Positions 17,031 through 23,477 of a stretch of DNA of 23,477 bases are shown here, one piece after another; position 1 is the first letter of the stretch; every line of letters starts with the position of its first letter. The position numbers and the translations under genes were made by a program. The notes below the pieces were generated by a model. That model saw only the letters and a list, made by a program, of their open reading frames with translations, ran no database searches and was not told the DNA's origin. This DNA comes from Fidelibacterota bacterium (GTDB lineage: Bacteria > Fidelibacterota > UBA2242), in assembly GCA_049975265.1 (NCBI GenBank), contig JBNGDF010000002.1:85628-109104 (forward strand), in the 5' to 3' direction.

Positions 17031-18134
17031 TTGATTGTGTCCAAATTTGTAAATCGTTTGCCCTTAGAACTGCTTGTCAAGCGCCGAACCGCGCGTCCGG
17101 AGGATGTCCGCGGTCCCTATTTCCGGGATCAGACCGCCATCATTCACTCCCTCGCCTTCCGGCGGCTGAAGCACAAAACCCAGGTCTTTTTCTCACCGGA
17201 AAATGATCACATCTGTACCCGCATCGAGCACTCTCTGCATGTCGCCTCCATCGCCGCCACCATCTGCAAAGCATTGGGACTCGATGAAGAGTTGGCACAT
17301 GCCATCGGGCTGGGACACGACCTGGGACACGCCCCCTTCGGGCATGCCGGCGAAATCGCCCTGAACGACCTTCTGAAAACACCCTTTATCCACGAAATCC
17401 ACAGCCTGCGCGTCGCCGATCAACTGGAAAACTACGGCAAGGGTCTGAACCTGACATTTGCGGTGCGCGACGGAATCGTGTCACACTGCGGCGAACTGGA
17501 TGAACAATTTGTCGACATCGCCAAAACACCAAACAATCTCGATTTCATTGAACAGCGTCCTGCCTGTCCCGGTACCTGGGAAGCCTGCGCCGTGCGGATC
17601 AGCGACTCCATCGCCTATCTCGGACGCGATCTGGAAGACGCTGTCAAAGCCAATCTCATCACCCGGGATGATATCCCCGAATCCATTCAGAAAAATCTGG
17701 GTGTCCGCAACAGCGACATTATCAATAATCTGGTCGATGATGTAATCGATTGCTCTTCAGCTCGCGGCAAAATCGGATTTTCCGATAAAATTTTTCAACT
17801 GGTCACTGAATTTAAACGGTTCAGCCGGTATCACATTTACCAAAATCCCAAAATGAAATACTGGAACAACTATTCCCGAACCGTCCTTTTCTCCATTCAC
17901 CAATATCTCAGCCAACTTTTCGATAAATTTCAAACCGACTGGGACGCCTATGCCGCCAGCACCACCGCCCTGGATAATAAGTTCGGCAAATATATGCACT
18001 CCCTGGAAAAGGTCTACCAACCGGTGGGATTTGATCCCGACATTATCCTGAAAGATTATATCGCCGGCATGACGGACAACTATGCCCTGCACTGTTTCGA
18101 AAACATCCTAACCGCCGGAACCACCGGCTTATGA
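17031..18134 (+). CDS. dgt: HD-domain dGTP/dNTP triphosphohydrolase family protein
   Basis: RD..AIIHS.AFRRLKHKTQVF, TRIEHSLHV, GHDLGHAPFGHAGE, GLNLT..VRDGI..H, SDSIAY..RDLEDA, DYIAGMTDNYA. The start may be GTG 17037 (GGGGT lies upstream). Confidence 0.9.
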   Translation: MIVSKFVNRLPLELLVKRRTARPEDVRGPYFRDQTAIIHSLAFRRLKHKTQVFFSPENDHICTRIEHSLHVASIAATICKALGLDEELAHAIGLGHDLGHAPFGHAGEIALNDLLKTPFIHEIHSLRVADQLENYGKGLNLTFAVRDGIVSHCGELDEQFVDIAKTPNNLDFIEQRPACPGTWEACAVRISDSIAYLGRDLEDAVKANLITRDDIPESIQKNLGVRNSDIINNLVDDVIDCSSARGKIGFSDKIFQLVTEFKRFSRYHIYQNPKMKYWNNYSRTVLFSIHQYLSQLFDKFQTDWDAYAASTTALDNKFGKYMHSLEKVYQPVGFDPDIILKDYIAGMTDNYALHCFENILTAGTTGL

Positions 18135-18144
18135 GTCAGTTGAT

Positions 18145-18841
18145 ATGAAACCAAAGAAAGAACAACTCCGGCAATCCCTCCTACTTGAGCGTCAGGCGAA
18201 TTTCCTCAAACTGATTCCGGGAGTCGTCCACAATTTGTGCAATCCGCTCACCATCATCGGCACCCGGGCGCAACTCCTGCAAATGAAAATGCCGGATACT
18301 CCCGATTTCCAAAAAATCGTTACCCAAAGTAAAAATATCGAATCAATTCTCAATAATCTCGTCTTTATCGTCCAAAATTTCCAGGATGTGCGCCTGCAGT
18401 CAGTCGATGTGAACAGGCTGATTAGAAATGAAACCGACTTTCTGACCGCCAATCCTCACTTTAAACATAATATTATCCGGGATATTCAGTACTATCCCGG
18501 AAATTCCTCCGTCAAAAACAGCTACTTCCATATCGCCACTCTTTTCCATTTTACGATCCTGTTTCTGATTGACCGGCTGCAAAATTCTTCGAAAAATAAT
18601 TTATGGATTATCTGCGATCGCACAAACTCAGCCGTAACCATCAAAATCCGGACCGACATGCCGGCACTCGCAGACCAGAAACAGCCGATTGAACAGCAGT
18701 TAGCCGATCCGGACTCAGAGACCCCGGATATCTGTCTGAAAAACCTGTCCCGCGCCGCTCTTATGGCAACAGAGATGAACATTGTGTTTACGGTTCAGAT
18801 AACTTCGGAGATTGCCGAATTTCTCATGACCATTCCAAGAA

Positions 18842-18849
<8 letters not shown>
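18145..18849 (+). CDS. Sensorless histidine-kinase-like protein: intact DHp His, degenerate ATP-binding domain (pseudokinase, phosphotransferase or phosphatase)
   Basis: NtrB-type H-box GVVHNLCNPLTII and VDVN.LI linker. N, G1, F and G2 boxes are not recognisable. The gene overlaps the regulator start by 8 nt. Confidence 0.75.
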
Positions 18850-20221
<1,372 letters not shown>

Positions 20222-20223
20222 AA

Positions 20224-20319
20224 TGTAATATATTTATTACATTCACCGGATCTCTTTTCCCGATATAAAGTGTCACATATTTTTGACTTTGTCCTAAATA
20301 ATGTCGTATTATTGTGACA
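20224..20319. promoter_or_regulatory. Three TGT-N12-ACA-like dyad sites (candidate enhancers)
   Basis: TGTAAT-atattt-ATTACA at 20224-20241; TGTCAC-atattt-TTGACT at 20271-20288; TGTCGT-attatt-GTGACA at 20302-20319. Confidence 0.6.
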
Positions 20320-20384
20320 TGCCCGGAATTAAGCGATTCGAAAACCCATTCATAAGTCTTTAAATTACATAATTTTATATTTGA

Positions 20385-20400
20385 TGGCATGAGGTTTGAT
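20385..20400 (+). promoter_or_regulatory. Candidate sigma54 -24/-12 promoter of the pil operon
   Basis: TGGCATG-aggt-TTGAT versus consensus TGGCACG-N4-TTGCW. Spacing is exact, but -12 is GA instead of GC. Confidence 0.6.
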
Positions 20401-20444
20401 GTTGCTTGTCGGGGTCATTGATAATAATTATAAAAAAAAAAATT

Positions 20445-22031
20445 ATGCAGACAGAGATTTCAACCTCGCATTTACATCAATCGGAAATTCAGCAGCGCAT
20501 TCACTCATTTGTACTGATGAACCGGATTCCCAGAATCGATCTGGCAAATATGGGTTTTATCGATCCCACCGTGGTGGGCTTAATCCCCGAAGACACCGCC
20601 CGCCGGTTCGACATCATTGCTTACGGACAGGAAAACAACCGGCTGCTGGTGGCGATGGCGAATCCCTTTGATCTGCTTGCAAGAAATATCGTCCATCAGC
20701 GCACCGGTTATGCCCTCGAAGTCGGCTATGCTCCCAGGGAGCAGATTCTGGATGAGATCGAAAAGTACTATTCCCAGAAAGCCAACCTTGAGGAGAGCAT
20801 GAAGGAGCTGGTGGATTTTGAGATTGATGACGAAGACGAGGAAGATGACGAGGAACAGCTGCGCATTCAGGCGGAAGACGCCCCGGCGATAAAGTTTGTC
20901 AATTTGCTGCTTTTGCAGGCCACCCAGGACCGCGCCAGCGACGTCCATATTGAACCTCAGGAGAAGGAGGTCAAAGTACGTCTGCGGGTTGACGGCATAT
21001 TGCGTGAAATCTCCCCCCCTCCAAAACGAATGCAATCCGGGATTATTTCCCGTATTAAAATCCTGGGTGGCCTGGATATTGCTGAACGGCGCGTTCCGCA
21101 GGACGGTCGTACAAAGATCAAAATTCTCGGTCGTCAGATCGACATCCGCATCTCCACTCTGCCGACCATCTACGGTGAAAAGGTGGTTATGCGCATTCTC
21201 GACAAGGGTAGTGTTTCGCTGAACATCAATGACATCGGTTTTGAGCCCCATCTGATGACCAAATTCAAAGAGGTGCTGACCCAGGCACACGGTATGATCC
21301 TGGTAACCGGTCCCACCGGTTCTGGCAAAACCACCACCCTTTACTCTGCGCTGAATTATGTCAATTCATCGGAAAAAAACATCATCACCGTCGAAGACCC
21401 GGTGGAATATCGCCTGAAAGGGATCAATCAGATTCAGGCGCGCCCGCAGGTCGGTCTGACCTTCGCCGCCGGGCTGCGCTCGATTCTGCGACAGGACCCG
21501 GACATCGTGATGGTGGGTGAAATCCGCGACCGCGAGACCGCCGAAATCGCCATCAAAGCCGCTCTGACGGGACACCTGGTCCTCTCAACCCTGCACACCA
21601 ATGATGCCGTCTCCACTGTGATTCGATTGCTCAATATGGGGATTGATAAGTACCTGATCTGCTCCGCTCTCTCCCTGGTCATCGCCCAGCGCCTCGCCCG
21701 CCGGATCTGCCTGCACTGCAAGACCGAATATCGTCCCGCTGAAGAAGTCCTTCTGCGCCTTCAATCCCTGAATGTGGACACCGATTCCATTCAATTTTAT
21801 AAAGGCAAAGGCTGTGATCATTGCGGTGGCACCGGCTACTGGGGACGGCTGGCGATTTATGAATTTTATCTGCTTTATCCCGAGATCAAAGAGATGGTCA
21901 TCGCCAACGCCTCCGAAGAAGCTCTGCGGAAAAAAGGGCAGGAATTGGGGATGGAATCCATACTCCAGTACGGTCTTAAAAAGGTGCGCGAAGGTCGCAC
22001 CACCATTGACGAAATCATGAGGATTCTCTAA
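20445..22031 (+). CDS. pilB: Type IV pilus assembly ATPase (PilB/GspE family)
   Basis: ASDVHIEP, RLRVDG, LDIAERRVPQDG, Walker A GPTGSGKTT, TVEDPVE, LRQDPD...GEIRD, TGHLVLSTLHTND, zinc CxxC...CxxC, GR.AIYE. ATG 20445 is preferred over TTG 20406, which lies within the promoter/start region. Confidence 0.93.
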   Translation: MQTEISTSHLHQSEIQQRIHSFVLMNRIPRIDLANMGFIDPTVVGLIPEDTARRFDIIAYGQENNRLLVAMANPFDLLARNIVHQRTGYALEVGYAPREQILDEIEKYYSQKANLEESMKELVDFEIDDEDEEDDEEQLRIQAEDAPAIKFVNLLLLQATQDRASDVHIEPQEKEVKVRLRVDGILREISPPPKRMQSGIISRIKILGGLDIAERRVPQDGRTKIKILGRQIDIRISTLPTIYGEKVVMRILDKGSVSLNINDIGFEPHLMTKFKEVLTQAHGMILVTGPTGSGKTTTLYSALNYVNSSEKNIITVEDPVEYRLKGINQIQARPQVGLTFAAGLRSILRQDPDIVMVGEIRDRETAEIAIKAALTGHLVLSTLHTNDAVSTVIRLLNMGIDKYLICSALSLVIAQRLARRICLHCKTEYRPAEEVLLRLQSLNVDTDSIQFYKGKGCDHCGGTGYWGRLAIYEFYLLYPEIKEMVIANASEEALRKKGQELGMESILQYGLKKVREGRTTIDEIMRIL

Positions 22032-23264
22032 ATGCCGGACTTTGCCTATATTGCCCTGAATCCCGGCGGTCGCAAGATCAAAGGTGTCCTCTCAGCCCAG
22101 TCGGCAAATCAGCTGGCTCTGCAGCTCCAGAAAAAATCGCTGACCATGCTCTCCGCCAAACCGGTCAATCAGCCGGCGGCGAAAGAGACCAAAGTCTCCC
22201 AAAACTCTTTTTTCACCTTTTCGAAACCGATCAAATCCGAAGATATCATCGTCTTTTTCCGGCAGCTCTCGACCATGGTGGATGCCGGCGTGCAGCTGGT
22301 GGACGGTCTAGATATTTTGGAAAATCAGAGCGAAAATCCCACCTTCAAAAAGGTGGTCGCCGCCATCAGGCAGGACCTGGAGAGTGGCGAGAATTTCTCC
22401 AAAGCCCTCTCCAAATATGAAAAGGTCTTTTCGACACTGGCGATTTCCATGATCAAAGCCGCCGAAATCGGCGGTAACCTCGCCGGCATTCTCAGCCAGC
22501 TGGCGACCTATGTCGAAGACAAGGACAAAATCGAGAAGAAAATCAAATCAGCCGTCTCCTATCCGAAATTCATCCTGATCTTCTTTCTGCTGGTGGTGGC
22601 GGCGGTAATGTTCGCCCTGGTACCGAAATTTCAGGGCATCTTCGCCAGCTTTGGCGCCGAGCTGCCCGGACCGACCCTGATTATTATTGCCATCAGCAAT
22701 TTTATGAAAGACAATCTTCTGATCGAAATCGGTCTGGTTGCGGCACTGATCTTCGGTTTTAAAATCATGCAGAAAAATCCCAAAGGTCGGCTGCTGCTGG
22801 ATACATTCGTCTTCCGAGTCCCGATTTTCGGAAGCATGCTCAAGAAATCGGTCATCGCCCGTTTCAGTAAAACCCTGGGCACCCTGACCAGTAACAATGT
22901 TCCCCTGGTCGAGGCGCTGGGCATCGCCGCCGAAACTTCCAATAATGTTCTGATCATCCAGATGATCGATGATGTCCGCAATCGAATTTCGGGCGGGTCC
23001 TCCCTGGCGAAAGCCATGCAGGAGCAGACCCTCTTTCCGGAAATGATGGTGAAAATGATCGCTGTGGGCGAAGAAGCCGGTTCACTGGCGACGATGCTGG
23101 AGAAGGTATCCGAATTTTATGACCGCCAGTTCAACACCTCCGTCGATTCGCTGTCGGCGGTCATTGAACCCATTCTGATGATCGGTCTGGGAATCCTTGC
23201 CCTGGTCGTGGTATTGGCGCTCTATCTGCCCATTTTCCAAATGACCGGCGCAATTCATGGATAG
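22032..23264 (+). CDS. pilC: Type IV pilus inner-membrane platform protein (PilC/GspF family)
   Basis: MPDFAYIA start, FFRQLSTMVDAG, AE.GG.L, SAVSYP, three TM segments, MIAVGEEAG.L, IEP...ALYLPIF. Starts immediately after the pilB stop. Confidence 0.95.
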   Translation: MPDFAYIALNPGGRKIKGVLSAQSANQLALQLQKKSLTMLSAKPVNQPAAKETKVSQNSFFTFSKPIKSEDIIVFFRQLSTMVDAGVQLVDGLDILENQSENPTFKKVVAAIRQDLESGENFSKALSKYEKVFSTLAISMIKAAEIGGNLAGILSQLATYVEDKDKIEKKIKSAVSYPKFILIFFLLVVAAVMFALVPKFQGIFASFGAELPGPTLIIIAISNFMKDNLLIEIGLVAALIFGFKIMQKNPKGRLLLDTFVFRVPIFGSMLKKSVIARFSKTLGTLTSNNVPLVEALGIAAETSNNVLIIQMIDDVRNRISGGSSLAKAMQEQTLFPEMMVKMIAVGEEAGSLATMLEKVSEFYDRQFNTSVDSLSAVIEPILMIGLGILALVVVLALYLPIFQMTGAIHG

Positions 23265-23313
23265 ATGTGACAGGTGTGTTAATTCTTAATCAACATCCAA
23301 AAGGAGGAATGTT

Positions 23314-23477
23314 ATGAAAAAGGTAATGAACGAAGCAGGCTTTACGCTGGTGGAGCTGATGATCGTGATCGTCATCGTCGGCATTCTCGCCGCCGTGGCG
23401 GTACCGATCTATCAGAGCAATATCAACAAAGCCAAAATGACCGAATGCGACTCGGCATTGGGTACCATCCGGACGGC
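23314..23477 (+). CDS. pilA: Type IVa prepilin, probably the major pilin; 3' end runs off the window
   Basis: Hand translation MKKVMNEAG|FTLVELMIVIVIVGILAAVAVPIYQSNINKAKMTECDSALGTIRT... has G-1/F1/E5/P22 and RBS aaggagg at 23301-23307. Absent from the ORF track. Confidence 0.9.
   Translation, partial: MKKVMNEAGFTLVELMIVIVIVGILAAVAVPIYQSNINKAKMTECDSALGTIRT

Noticed and set aside
23341..23477. Electrically conductive (Geobacter-type) e-pilin
   Set aside because: Only F1 and Y24 are aromatic in the visible part, positions 27 and 32 are Asn and Lys, and the full length is unknown.

Overview
Chromosomal segment of a diderm bacterium, probably an FCB-superphylum lineage outside Bacteroidia such as Marinimicrobia, KSB1 or Calditrichota. 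This is inferred from the 'LLQNYPNPFN' sorting domain, a PorV-like barrel, DUF5916 and real Shine-Dalgarno use. In order, the window holds: tRNA-Leu(TAA) preceded by a 16-bp copy of its own anticodon arm; a small AT-rich outer-membrane gene; GH37 trehalase; a CBM9/DUF5916 protein; ROK glucokinase; a DUF998-like membrane protein; a small Rho_N-like protein; a PlsC-type acyltransferase; a long KamA-family radical SAM enzyme; an AAA_14/DUF4143 ATPase between imperfect direct repeats; a PL9 lyase with a T9SS-like tail; a PorV-like double beta-barrel; a TPR lipoprotein; an HD dGTPase; a sensorless pseudo-histidine kinase; a sigma54 response regulator; and pilB-pilC-pilin (the pilin is cut by the window edge and missing from the ORF track). 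The best leads are three. (1) A pilus regulatory module in which the usual PilS kinase is replaced by a catalytically dead, ChpT-like DHp protein, with a visible sigma54 promoter and three TGT-N12-ACA enhancer-like sites. (2) The 644-aa 'KamA' carries the Lys/Asn signature of glutamate 2,3-aminomutase rather than lysine 2,3-aminomutase. (3) A PorV-like barrel is fused to a second small barrel next to a putative T9SS cargo. All family calls come from motif recognition by eye; no searches were run.
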